Source of the DNA: a virus
Lineage: Duplodnaviria > Caudoviricetes
Virus record (IMG/VR): IMGVR_UViG_3300050145_000015
Coordinates: 1-46,695 of that record
Length of the DNA stretch: 46,695 bases
Reading direction: 5' to 3' (one strand)
Shown in pieces: positions 35,268 to 43,533 of the stretch; the stretch's first letter is position 1; each line of letters begins with the position of its first letter. The notes below the pieces were generated by a model, which worked only from the letters and a program-made list of their open reading frames with translations, did no database searches and was not told the DNA's origin. A program made the position numbers and the translations under genes.

Positions 35268-35816
35268 TCACTGCGCGGCGTCCTTGGCAGGCTCGGCCGT
35301 CAGGGTTTCGTCTGCGGCGTGCTCTGCTTCGCACTTGAGGCCGGAGGCGATGGCCCGGTCAGCTGCGATCGCCACAGCCTCATATCGGCTGCCGCACTGC
35401 TCGAATACGAGTTCGAGGGCGGTTGCTGCTTGGCGGCCTGGCTCAGCGGCTTGACCTTGGGTACAGGCACCTCGGGCGCGTTCACCAGCAGTTCGGGCTG
35501 CGAGGCGCAGGCTGTCACGCTCAGAGCGCAGGCGATCAGCATCGCTTTGGAGAACCCGAAGACGTTGGGTGTTTTCATCATCGGCCTCCAGCCGCAAGGT
35601 GTCGCGGCGCTCGCTGCGCTGCGCGTTGTCGGTGGCTTTGGCCACCACGGTGCCTAGGGCCTGAGATGCCGCTTTGTTGGCACTCAGGGCCACGGCCAGG
35701 TCATCGGCCGTGCCTTGATGGCGTGCACCTGCGTCGTAGGCAGTCAGGTGCGACGCCACCAGGGCCAGGCCTGCGGCAACGTACAGCCAGGTCTTGGGGA
35801 TGGCCAGCACAGGCAT
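35268..35816 (-). CDS. Rz-like inner-membrane spanin (182 aa)
   Basis: N-terminal TM segment plus coiled coil; lies in the lysis cassette and hosts an embedded lipoprotein gene. Confidence 0.8.
   Translation of the reverse strand: MPVLAIPKTWLYVAAGLALVASHLTAYDAGARHQGTADDLAVALSANKAASQALGTVVAKATDNAQRSERRDTLRLEADDENTQRLRVLQSDADRLRSERDSLRLAARTAGERARGACTQGQAAEPGRQAATALELVFEQCGSRYEAVAIAADRAIASGLKCEAEHAADETLTAEPAKDAAQ
35300..35581 (-). CDS. Rz1-like outer-membrane lipoprotein spanin, nested in the +1 frame of Rz (93 aa)
   Basis: GGAGG SD; lipobox VTA-C; Pro-rich mature region. Confidence 0.82.
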   Translation of the reverse strand: MMKTPNVFGFSKAMLIACALSVTACASQPELLVNAPEVPVPKVKPLSQAAKQQPPSNSYSSSAAADMRLWRSQLTGPSPPASSAKQSTPQTKP

Positions 35817-35819
35817 GCC

Positions 35820-36110
35820 TCAGGCTTGAGCCACAACCCAGCCAGCCTGGGCGCCGATGCTGGCGGCGGTCAGCTCGGTGAACTCTTCGCCCTTCCAGTT
35901 GCCCGACACGTAGCCGCTGCAGCTGATACCGACCTCGTAGCCTTCTTTGGAGTCGACCAGCAGGTCGATCGCGGCGTGGGCGTTGGCGATGATGTGCGCC
36001 TGGTCAGCGGCATGCACGGGCTGCTGGGCCACGACTTCGGCCACCTTCGCGGTGACAGCTTCTTTGGCGGCGGCCTTGTTTGCGGCGCGCAGGGAGAATG
36101 AGTAGCTCAT
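35820..36110 (-). CDS. hypothetical phage protein (96 aa)
   Basis: Clean ORF MSYSFSLRAANK... with a GAAGG SD, between the endolysin and Rz genes. Confidence 0.7.
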   Translation of the reverse strand: MSYSFSLRAANKAAAKEAVTAKVAEVVAQQPVHAADQAHIIANAHAAIDLLVDSKEGYEVGISCSGYVSGNWKGEEFTELTAASIGAQAGWVVAQA

Positions 36111-36150
36111 GGGTAAACCTTCTTGGTTGATCAGGTGATGGGGAAAGGCC

Positions 36151-36639
36151 TCAGGCCTCTGACGTGCTCATGCCAGCCATGGCGATGGGCAGAGGCACAC
36201 CAGACACAGGCAAGGGGCCCATGTCCTTGGGCCAGCGGTAGGACGTGGCCCGGCTGCGGGGGAAAGCGCGCACGTTGACCTCGTCGCCTTGGTTGCCACC
36301 CAGCACCAGCAGGTTGCCCGCCTTGTCCTGGCCCACCACAAAGCCGACATGGCCGCCACCCACACGGGTGAACGTCACGATGCAGCCCACAGCGGGGCTG
36401 TGCATGCCCACGCCCCAGGTCTCCCACTCGCGGGCGCGGTAGTAGGCCTTGGGGATCTCGGCGCCAGCCTCACGCAGGACAGCGCCAGCGAACACGCCAC
36501 ACCAGGGCGTTTCGTCATCGCGCCACCAAGCGCCCAGCTTGACCAGCATCGAGACGATGGCCGGGTTGTGCTGCGGGCCCTTGAACTCCTTGAGGCCCAG
36601 GTGCCGCTTGGCGATGGCCAGCCAGGCGGGGGCGCTCAT
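36151..36639 (-). CDS. endolysin, TIGR02594-type CHAP/NlpC-P60 peptidase (162 aa)
   Basis: DDETPWC (Cys), GGGHVGFV (His) and LGGNQ motifs; ATGA coupling to the holin. Confidence 0.88.
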   Translation of the reverse strand: MSAPAWLAIAKRHLGLKEFKGPQHNPAIVSMLVKLGAWWRDDETPWCGVFAGAVLREAGAEIPKAYYRAREWETWGVGMHSPAVGCIVTFTRVGGGHVGFVVGQDKAGNLLVLGGNQGDEVNVRAFPRSRATSYRWPKDMGPLPVSGVPLPIAMAGMSTSEA

Positions 36640-37049
36640 CGCTTGGCCCCACTGCCCGACAGATCGGCAGCCTTGTTGCGTGCGAATCGCATGAACCCAG
36701 CAACGATCCAGAACCCAGGCAGGGCGGCCAGGCACACGAACGGCATGCCAGCACCGGCCAGGGCATACAGGCGCTGGTCATCGAACCCGGCAAAGATCCG
36801 CATCCAGAACGCCAGCCACTCGGGATCGGCTTGGATGTACTTGTAGGCCGACCAGAAACCCAGGGTGCACGAGGACAGCAGGCCGCACAGCAGGCGGGTC
36901 GAGATGTCGTCAATCTCGCGGCCCTTGGCGGGCGGGACCATGCGAAAGCCCACCACGGCGCCCAGCACAGAGGCGAAGAAGAGGATGGCGCCGACGATGA
37001 CCCCCGACTTCAGGCCAAAGGCGAGGCCTGCTCCTGTTTCTGCTGCCAT
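36636..37049 (-). CDS. holin-like membrane protein (137 aa; alternative start at 37076)
   Basis: About three hydrophobic TM segments; directly upstream of the endolysin; AGGA SD before MAAETG. Confidence 0.7.
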   Translation of the reverse strand: MAAETGAGLAFGLKSGVIVGAILFFASVLGAVVGFRMVPPAKGREIDDISTRLLCGLLSSCTLGFWSAYKYIQADPEWLAFWMRIFAGFDDQRLYALAGAGMPFVCLAALPGFWIVAGFMRFARNKAADLSGSGAKR

Positions 37050-37091
37050 GTTGAGGTTCCTGGTTGTGTTGTCCATGCCGCACATCCGCAT

Positions 37092-37127
37092 GAAAAAAGC
37101 CCCTGCGGCGCTGCTGCCGAGGGGCTT
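37092..37127 (-). terminator. intrinsic terminator upstream of the lysis cassette
   Basis: Minus strand AAGCCCCTCGGC...GCCGCAGGGGCTTTTTT. Confidence 0.75.
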
Positions 37128-37249
37128 GGTGGTGGAATTTGGGCGCACTGACCCCGTCAGGGGTCAGCTTGTTGTTTTGACGGGGGTGTCTCTCCGCCTT
37201 TGATCGCTGGGGCTGAGTAAATCACGGGGCGCGGGATTGTTGTTCACGC

Positions 37250-37543
37250 TCAGTCGTACAGCTGATAGACGCCACAGTTGGCGCACATATGCCCCTCGCG
37301 GGTCAGCAGGAACAGCTGATTGCCGCAGCCGCACTCGCGCACCTCTGTCTCTGGCGGCGGCATGAAGCCGAACTTGAAGCGGCCCATGTGGCGCTGGCAT
37401 GCCGGGCACTCCAGATCGAGCGTGCCGGTGGGCGCTGCTGCCACCCACTCGTGGCGGCATGAGACGCAGAAGGCCTGGCCGGTGCCGATCTGCTCGGTTT
37501 CGATGGGCGCAGGCTTTGGGCGGGCGAAAGGGATGATGCTCAT
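37250..37543 (-). CDS. zinc-ribbon protein (97 aa)
   Basis: CVSC, CPAC, CGCG and CANC motifs; GAGG SD; ATGA coupling. Confidence 0.7.
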   Translation of the reverse strand: MSIIPFARPKPAPIETEQIGTGQAFCVSCRHEWVAAAPTGTLDLECPACQRHMGRFKFGFMPPPETEVRECGCGNQLFLLTREGHMCANCGVYQLYD

Positions 37544-37755
37544 ACCTCAAGGCCCTCCAAGATGTGCCGCTTGAGCATCTCGCACAGCCACAGCGCATCC
37601 TGCCGCGACATGCGGGATGACAGCACCACCAAGTCGCCGCCCTTGTCGTAGCCCACCACCAGCACGTCCTGGGGCTCCAGCTGCGCAGCGCTGGCCAGGG
37701 CCTGCTCTGGCGTCATCGTGGTGGCGGCCGGGAAGCCGATGATGTTGGTGTTCAT
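37540..37755 (-). CDS. hypothetical protein (71 aa)
   Basis: Coupled ORF with DVLVVGYDKGG and ALWLCE motifs. Confidence 0.7.
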   Translation of the reverse strand: MNTNIIGFPAATTMTPEQALASAAQLEPQDVLVVGYDKGGDLVVLSSRMSRQDALWLCEMLKRHILEGLEV

Positions 37756-38324
37756 GCCTGGGCGGCCTTCTGGAAGCGGGCAATGCGGCGGTCAAGGACT
37801 TCCAGGTACTTGCCCATGATCTCAAACTGTGTCGTCATGTCCATGCGCTCAGGTGCTGGAAGATCATCAAAGGCGTTGGTCAAGATGAAAATCTCCAGGT
37901 TGCTCAGGCGCCCACCCAGCTCCGCGCGCTCGGCCAGCATGCGCTGCTGGTGGGGCGGCAGGACTGGCGCCTCATAGGCCTTGGCCTCGGCAATGATTGC
38001 CTCGGCATCGTTTTGCTGCGAACCACTGAAACCCGGGTGATCAGTGCCCAGGATGCCGCTCATGTCGTCCGTGGCGGGCGCATGCTCGGCCAGGTCAGCG
38101 ACGCGAACGATGGGGATTGCGTCGCTCACCACAGCCTTGGCCCTGTGCGTGAAGTGCTCGGCCAGGAAGTGGTGCAGGCCAGCCAGCGACTCAAAAACGA
38201 AGCTATGGGCATCGCGCATGCGCTGCTGGAAGTCTCCATGCTCCTTCACGATGAAGCCGTTGGCCGCAGACATGATGACCAGGCTGTCGTTCGGGTGGAT
38301 GAGGGGTTGTTCTTGGTTGCTCAT
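37752..38324 (-). CDS. hypothetical protein with a C-terminal crAss001_48-like coiled domain (190 aa)
   Basis: LPPHQQRMLAERAEL...MGKYLEVLDRRI; AAGGA SD. Confidence 0.7.
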   Translation of the reverse strand: MSNQEQPLIHPNDSLVIMSAANGFIVKEHGDFQQRMRDAHSFVFESLAGLHHFLAEHFTHRAKAVVSDAIPIVRVADLAEHAPATDDMSGILGTDHPGFSGSQQNDAEAIIAEAKAYEAPVLPPHQQRMLAERAELGGRLSNLEIFILTNAFDDLPAPERMDMTTQFEIMGKYLEVLDRRIARFQKAAQA

Positions 38325-38327
38325 GGT

Positions 38328-38753
38328 TCAGTCCTTTCGTGGGAAAAGTTCGTGTGCTTGGGCGAGCGTGAGCCAAGCGCGGTTCACGAAGATGTATCGA
38401 TCCGCCCCGACCGCAACCTCGGCCACAGCGTCCAGGGCGTCATGCAGGCGCTGGAATGTCTCGGGGTCACGAGCCAGCCTTTGTTGCCACCGGTACCGGT
38501 GCAGGTGCGTGTCCATCGCCGATCGCATGACGCTCTGCTGACGGGTCCAGCGAATGGCATGCCGTGAAGTGCTGGCGTTGAATCGCTTGCTTGCCAGCCG
38601 GTGGCTGATCAGGCGGTCGTACCAGGGCTCAGGCGGCTCACCTGGGCGAGACGGCGCATGCTGGGCGCTGATCCACCACACGCTTTCGGCTAGGCGCTGG
38701 GCCTTGCGCAGGCATGCGGGGGAGAGCTTGGGGCGGGGGCGGCGCTTCATCAC
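38328..38753 (-). CDS. hypothetical basic protein (141 aa)
   Basis: Fills the gap after the Q-like gene and overlaps its stop codon. Confidence 0.5.
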   Translation of the reverse strand: MMKRRPRPKLSPACLRKAQRLAESVWWISAQHAPSRPGEPPEPWYDRLISHRLASKRFNASTSRHAIRWTRQQSVMRSAMDTHLHRYRWQQRLARDPETFQRLHDALDAVAEVAVGADRYIFVNRAWLTLAQAHELFPRKD

Positions 38754-39328
38754 AGCTCCAGGTTGATTGCGGTATTGAGGCGCCTGGCCATCTCGCCAGT
38801 CACCAGGATCACAAGGCGGTCCAGCTCGTCGGCCAGCTCACGTGCAGCGCCACCCAGGTGGTTGGGCACCTCACGCTCGACAGGGCGGCGGCCGGTGCCG
38901 TGGCAGGCCTTGCAGGGTGTGCCACTGAGCACGCCAGCACCCGATTCGGTGGCCTCGTCGCGCGGGATCAGCTCGAAGCACCGGCCTTCGCAGTACGCGC
39001 AGGTCGGGCGGATCCACCAGCGCAGAACGGAGGCCACCAGTTCGCGCCTCTGGTGCTTGGGCATGGGCCGACCGCCACGGCGCTGCGTGCGTCGGTTGAG
39101 CCAGCCGTCCATGGTGTCGATGACGGTCTCCAGGCCCTGCGTGTTGCCGGCGACGCTCATGCGGTAAAGCGCCAGGGCGGCGGCGCGCTTGGGGTCTGAG
39201 GCGACCCAGCCGGCGGCTATCAATTTGTCCGCATCGCAGTGGCCAGCGTTGACGCCCAGATCGCTGGAGCTTGTCGCCAGGGCGTAGCGTTCTGCGGCGG
39301 TGGGGCGGTTGCTTTGGGTGGTGATCAT
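38750..39328 (-). CDS. Q-like late antitermination protein (192 aa)
   Basis: CAYCEGR...CKACHGTG zinc finger; lies between the nuclease genes and the lysis cassette. Confidence 0.65.
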   Translation of the reverse strand: MITTQSNRPTAAERYALATSSSDLGVNAGHCDADKLIAAGWVASDPKRAAALALYRMSVAGNTQGLETVIDTMDGWLNRRTQRRGGRPMPKHQRRELVASVLRWWIRPTCAYCEGRCFELIPRDEATESGAGVLSGTPCKACHGTGRRPVEREVPNHLGGAARELADELDRLVILVTGEMARRLNTAINLEL

Positions 39329-39346
39329 GGCTTTGTGTTGCAACAG

Positions 39347-39390
39347 GCGTTACAGCGTGGGTGTTACAAGGCAGTGCGTTACAGCGTGGG
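39347..39390. repeat. 15-bp direct repeat GCGTTACAGCGTGGG x2
   Basis: Exact copies at 39347-39361 and 39376-39390, with an extra GTTACA between them. Confidence 0.8.
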
Positions 39391-40089
39391 CTGTTGCAGT
39401 TCGATCAGCTCGATCTCTGCTGACAGTCCGGGCGTGGGCGCGTTGGGTGAGGCGAACTGACCGTGCATTTCGACTGCGGCCTTGTCGTAGGCCAGCTCAG
39501 CGGCTTCACGGGTGTCAAAAGTTCCGAGGTAAACCTCTTTCCAGTCCATCCATATCCTGGCTCGCCACCGCCCACTTGCGGTTCGCGTCACGCCCTTTGA
39601 GCCGCTGGTGTTGTTGGCTGGGATGCCGGTGTTGCGCGAGTTTTCGGCCGGGGTGCAGTTCCTGAGATTTGCGCGCCGGTTGTCGAGCTTGTCGCGGTTG
39701 CGGTGATCGACCAGAGTCGCGGACTGCACCAGAAAGCGGTGCATCGTCACCGAACTAGATGCGCCTGGCGGGCGGCCCACGACATAGCCGCGCGGGTCAA
39801 GCGTCCAAGCGATATCCCGAACTTGGTCCAGATCAGCAAGGTCGATCAGCGCCCAGCCTTTGAAAACTCCACGCTGGCCATGCAGCGGGATGCGGGCATG
39901 GTCATCGGCCAATTCGACTTCCCTGCGGTCAAACGTGGCGCCGAAGAGTCGAATCTCAGCATCTAGCCGGGCCTGCTTGGCTTCCTCGAATTCACGGAAC
40001 CACCCGAGGTAGCAGTGCTTGCCCAGGTGGCCAATGCTGGAGACGAATCCACCCTCTTTGTGCGGGCTCACCCCGCGAAAGCGGCTCAC
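39379..40089 (-). CDS. AP2-HNH-AP2 homing-type endonuclease (236 aa)
   Basis: FRGVS...YLGWF (AP2); VDHRNRDKLDNRRANLR (HNH); NTSGSKGV...WRARI...YLGTF (AP2); GTGA coupling. Confidence 0.88.
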   Translation of the reverse strand: MSRFRGVSPHKEGGFVSSIGHLGKHCYLGWFREFEEAKQARLDAEIRLFGATFDRREVELADDHARIPLHGQRGVFKGWALIDLADLDQVRDIAWTLDPRGYVVGRPPGASSSVTMHRFLVQSATLVDHRNRDKLDNRRANLRNCTPAENSRNTGIPANNTSGSKGVTRTASGRWRARIWMDWKEVYLGTFDTREAAELAYDKAAVEMHGQFASPNAPTPGLSAEIELIELQQPTL

Positions 40090-40448
40090 TCGAAGGCCTC
40101 CACGTCCCAGCCTCCGCCGTCCTTCTTCGACTTGGCTTTGATGGCGATGAAGCGGAAGGGGTACAGGTCGGCGGCGATCTTGATCTTGGCGCGGGCGTCG
40201 TCCTGCCAGAAGCCTTTGACCTCGTGCAGCTCCATCTGGCCATCGGCGAGCATCACGGCGAAGTCGGGCGTGTAGAACGTGTTGTCGGCCAGGCGCAGCT
40301 TGACGCCCTCGAACTTGAACCACAGCACCTTGCCCACGTAGCGCAGGGTTTCGAGGTGCTTTTCGTAGGCCTGCTCGGTCTTGTTCTTCTGGCCGGTCTT
40401 GAGGCGGCCAAGGGCCAGCATGCGGTTGTTGGTTTTGGTTGCGGTCAT
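40086..40448 (-). CDS. DUF1064-like PD-(D/E)XK nuclease/resolvase (120 aa)
   Basis: NKTEQAY, YTPDF and HEVKG motifs; ATGA coupling. Confidence 0.8.
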   Translation of the reverse strand: MTATKTNNRMLALGRLKTGQKNKTEQAYEKHLETLRYVGKVLWFKFEGVKLRLADNTFYTPDFAVMLADGQMELHEVKGFWQDDARAKIKIAADLYPFRFIAIKAKSKKDGGGWDVEAFE

Positions 40449-40741
40449 GCGGTGGTCCTGGTGCGGTTGGGTTGGCTGGTGGGGCGTGCTGGAGCGATGC
40501 GGCGGTGCCAGTCGCAGTGCTGGGGCGTCTGCGCCATGGCGGGCACGTAGCGGATGCAGCCCCCTCGGCCCTGGTAGTCGGGGATGCCTCGGCGGGTGCA
40601 GCTGGCGCAGGTGACCATGTGCTCTGTGCCGTCGTAGGGCTCGACGGTGATGGCTGGTTGCGGGATGAAGTACGGGCGCTTGCACGAACTCGAGGTGTGG
40701 CCGACCTTGCCGCACTTGACGCAGGTGTCTGTGGTGCTCAT
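40445..40741 (-). CDS. zinc-knuckle protein (98 aa)
   Basis: CVKCGKVGHTSSSC (CCHC) plus CASC...C...C. Confidence 0.65.
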   Translation of the reverse strand: MSTTDTCVKCGKVGHTSSSCKRPYFIPQPAITVEPYDGTEHMVTCASCTRRGIPDYQGRGGCIRYVPAMAQTPQHCDWHRRIAPARPTSQPNRTRTTA

Positions 40742-41508
40742 GCGGCACCTCGCCCGGTTTGCGCGCGGCGGCTCTGCCAGTCGAACGTGAGGCGCTGCGC
40801 GCCCGCCTCGGTCAGGCGGTCGTATGCGGCCTCGCCCAGCACCTCGATCACGCCTTGGCGGTCGAGGTTGGACAGCACGATGGTGGGGTGCACAGCCTCG
40901 TAGCGGGCATCGATCAGCCGGAAAAAGGCGTTCTGCGCGTTGTCGGTCTTGCTGGAGCGGCCGACCTCATCGAGCACCAGCAGCTGGACGCGAGACAGGC
41001 CCTTGAGCCACTCGTCGCGCTCCCCGAATTCCTTAGACCAGTAGGCGTCAAGGAACTCGGTCGCCTTGACCCGCAGCACCGTGAAGCGTTGGGCACGCAG
41101 GGCCTTGCCGATGGCCGTCACAAGGTGGTTTTTTCCTGTGCCCGGGTTGCCCAGCATGATCAGGCCACGGCCTGCCGCAAGGTGCCCCTTGAACTCGCTC
41201 GCATAGGCCTGGCAGGCATCCAGCACACGGCGCTGCTTGTCGTTCTCGACCTCGTAGTTGTCGAACTCACACGCAGCAAAGCGCGCCGGAATGTTGCAGG
41301 TGCTCAGCAGGCTTTCGGCCCGAGCGATCCGCAGGCAGTCCGGGCACCCTCCGGGGTTGTGGGAATAGACGCTGTCGCGCACCAGGTACTGGCCGTGCGT
41401 TGGGCAGTCGGCCATTTCCCGGAAATCGTCGAGCGCCTTGCCCGTGCTGGGAAGGCCAGGAAAGTCAATCTCGGGGATGTTCGAGAGGTCAAGCGGGTTC
41501 AACGGCAT
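40738..41508 (-). CDS. DnaC/IstB-like helicase loader ATPase (256 aa)
   Basis: GGAGGA SD; CPTHG...CPDC; IPARF; Walker A GNPGTGKN; Walker B LVLDEVG; DRL. Confidence 0.9.
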   Translation of the reverse strand: MPLNPLDLSNIPEIDFPGLPSTGKALDDFREMADCPTHGQYLVRDSVYSHNPGGCPDCLRIARAESLLSTCNIPARFAACEFDNYEVENDKQRRVLDACQAYASEFKGHLAAGRGLIMLGNPGTGKNHLVTAIGKALRAQRFTVLRVKATEFLDAYWSKEFGERDEWLKGLSRVQLLVLDEVGRSSKTDNAQNAFFRLIDARYEAVHPTIVLSNLDRQGVIEVLGEAAYDRLTEAGAQRLTFDWQSRRAQTGRGAA

Positions 41509-42238
41509 CGTGTCCTCCGTGGTTGCTCTGGCGGGCGGCTGGTCGGCTTGGCTTGGTCGCTTGGCGCGCTGCGGTCTCGGCGGCGCGGACGGCGCGGGTC
41601 TTGAGGCTCTTGGCCAGGGTGTTCTCCCACTGGGCCTGCGTTCGCAGTTCGCCAGGGCGCGTGATCCAGAACGCCACGAACTCGCCCAGACCTTCAGCCA
41701 TGGCCACCTCGTCCCTGACTGGGGCACCCATCAGCTTTGCCTGAGCCTCAAGCCCAGGGCCTGGCCGCCACTCGGCCGTGATGGCGAAGACCTCGATGTC
41801 GACGCTGGCCTCGCGTGCTGTTGTTGCTGGTGTATTTACTTCTTCTCTTCTCTTCTCTTCTCTGGACCGCTTTTTGTCCGCATCTTGTGCGGACGGATTG
41901 CGCTCATTTCGCTTACGCTCAGTCTCCTGGGCTCGGCGCTTTGCAGACCTGCCGTTATGAGAGTCAAAGCGGGGTGTAGCTACGTAATCTGACCCAATTT
42001 CGAGCCAGCCGACCGCCTCCATGGCGGCGGAAATTCCGTCGCAGCGGACCTCATCATCGATCGCTTCGGCGGTGTATCCATCAAGCCGTCCGTCCTCCGA
42101 GTGAGTGTCAAACAGACACCAGACCGCAAACAGTCCGCCAATCACGCGCAACTTGTCCGCACGCAATGCGGACGCAATGCGGACAACTTTTGGGTGCGTC
42201 ATCAAATCGGCGCGCATCTTGATCCAGTCACCGGCCAT
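41489..42238 (-). CDS. phage replication initiator with a C-terminal DnaT-like domain (249 aa)
   Basis: GGAGG SD; MAGDWIKMR...HPKV; REEKRREE linker; EFVAFW...QWE; precedes the DnaC-like gene. Confidence 0.8.
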   Translation of the reverse strand: MAGDWIKMRADLMTHPKVVRIASALRADKLRVIGGLFAVWCLFDTHSEDGRLDGYTAEAIDDEVRCDGISAAMEAVGWLEIGSDYVATPRFDSHNGRSAKRRAQETERKRNERNPSAQDADKKRSREEKRREEVNTPATTAREASVDIEVFAITAEWRPGPGLEAQAKLMGAPVRDEVAMAEGLGEFVAFWITRPGELRTQAQWENTLAKSLKTRAVRAAETAARQATKPSRPAARQSNHGGHDAVEPA

Positions 42239-42863
42239 GGCTAGACCTCCACTCATTGACGGTCTTGCTGCCCTTAGATCGATTGCAAGGGCGACACGAG
42301 GTGGTCAGGTTTTCAAGGTTGGTCGAGCCTCCACGCGCTACTGGCTGGATGTGGTCTGCCTCGAGGAAGACGTTGCGTGCACCGCAGTATGTGCAGGTGT
42401 AGTTGTCGCGCGCGAACACGGATGATCGCAAAGCTGCCCACTCGCCGCTCTCGATTTCGAGCCGACGAATTACCTTTCGCATGCGGACCTGCTTTGCGCG
42501 CCACGCCTCGCGGGCTTTCTCGGCGACGACGGGGTGATACCAGCGGCCATCAGTGCACAGCAAGAAGCCACGCATGGCGCCAGGTTTGATCTCGGGCCAG
42601 GCCTTGTCGATCTTTCCTCGTGCAACATAGCCTGCAGCCTTGGCGATCCACCGGTCATCGTCAGGGATCGATGCGGCAGGGATCTGGTGCCACGCGGCAG
42701 CCCACAGCAGGACGGCGGCCCACAGCAGGACGGCGGCCCAGCATGCCTCGGGCGTTTCATTTGCGGCCAGCTCGCTGTCGCGCAGCCTGACAACGTCCAG
42801 AGGCATGAATGCGAAATCTTGCAGATCGCACTCGCTGGGGGTGAGTGGGGTGGGTTTGGTCAA
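42228..42863 (-). CDS. DUF1376/YdaU-like N-terminal domain fused to an HNH endonuclease (211 aa)
   Basis: DFAFMPLDV..L.DS, WHQIPAASIPDDD and DGRWYHPVVAE; then RDNYTCTYCG...DHIQP..RGG...NL...CRPCNRSKG. Confidence 0.82.
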   Translation of the reverse strand: MTKPTPLTPSECDLQDFAFMPLDVVRLRDSELAANETPEACWAAVLLWAAVLLWAAAWHQIPAASIPDDDRWIAKAAGYVARGKIDKAWPEIKPGAMRGFLLCTDGRWYHPVVAEKAREAWRAKQVRMRKVIRRLEIESGEWAALRSSVFARDNYTCTYCGARNVFLEADHIQPVARGGSTNLENLTTSCRPCNRSKGSKTVNEWRSSHGR

Positions 42864-43336
42864 ACGAACAGCTCCAGGTTCTGCCCTTTGGTTGGCTCAG
42901 CCCTGCCCGCTGGTTGATCGGGCGCTGGTTGCATTGGGGAAAATGCTTCGCATTGGTCCAGTGCTTTGCAGGCAAGCAGCGTCCAGCCATGGCGTGAGTC
43001 GTTGATGTTGTAATCGCGCCCGCGATCGCCAATGCTCGCCGTCTGGTGGGCTTTGTGGTGGGCGCAGTCGCTGCGCCTAGGGCATGTCACACCCCAGGCG
43101 GCCCCATTGCATTTGATGATTTCGCCGCTGCTCACCAGGGTCTCCAGATCGTTGACGCGCCGGGCCTTGAATTCCGCTTGTGTCTCGAAGACCTGGCGGC
43201 CATGTGCATCGCGCAGGGCGCGGCCATCCGGCTGGTACCGGGCCAGCAGCCAAGAGGTGAATGGCTGGCCCATGGCGTCACGAACGCCGGTGGCATCCTG
43301 CGCTTCGGCCCAGTCGACGATTTCGGCGGGGCTCAC
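42860..43336 (-). CDS. hypothetical protein with a Cys-rich C-terminus (158 aa)
   Basis: GTGA coupling to the upstream ORF; C...CPRRSDCAH...C...C. Confidence 0.55.
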   Translation of the reverse strand: MSPAEIVDWAEAQDATGVRDAMGQPFTSWLLARYQPDGRALRDAHGRQVFETQAEFKARRVNDLETLVSSGEIIKCNGAAWGVTCPRRSDCAHHKAHQTASIGDRGRDYNINDSRHGWTLLACKALDQCEAFSPMQPAPDQPAGRAEPTKGQNLELFV

Positions 43337-43533
43337 TCGGCACCCCCTGAATACTCGGCTGGCCAGCTCGCTGGCATGACGGCGTTGAACCCCTTGAGCC
43401 CTGGGCAGTAAACGACCCACTCCCCTTGCGGCTCGGTCATGTGGCCGATGCTTGGGATGCCCACCTCAGGCAGAAGCTGATCGCCGAACATGCTGGCGGT
43501 CTGGGTGTCGCTGGTGCGGCGCGGCTTGGTCAC
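43333..43533 (-). CDS. hypothetical protein (66 aa)
   Basis: GAGGTG SD; overlaps neighbouring genes at both ends. Confidence 0.6.
   Translation of the reverse strand: MTKPRRTSDTQTASMFGDQLLPEVGIPSIGHMTEPQGEWVVYCPGLKGFNAVMPASWPAEYSGGAE

Noticed and set aside
37128-37250. Phage tRNA or tmRNA (minus strand ends ...CCACCACCA)
   Set aside because: There is no T-loop GTTCRA and no cloverleaf; kept only as a structured leader.
40738-41508. IS21 element suggested by the IstB-like ATPase
   Set aside because: There is no IstA transposase or terminal inverted repeats, and the context after the initiator indicates a DnaC-like loader.
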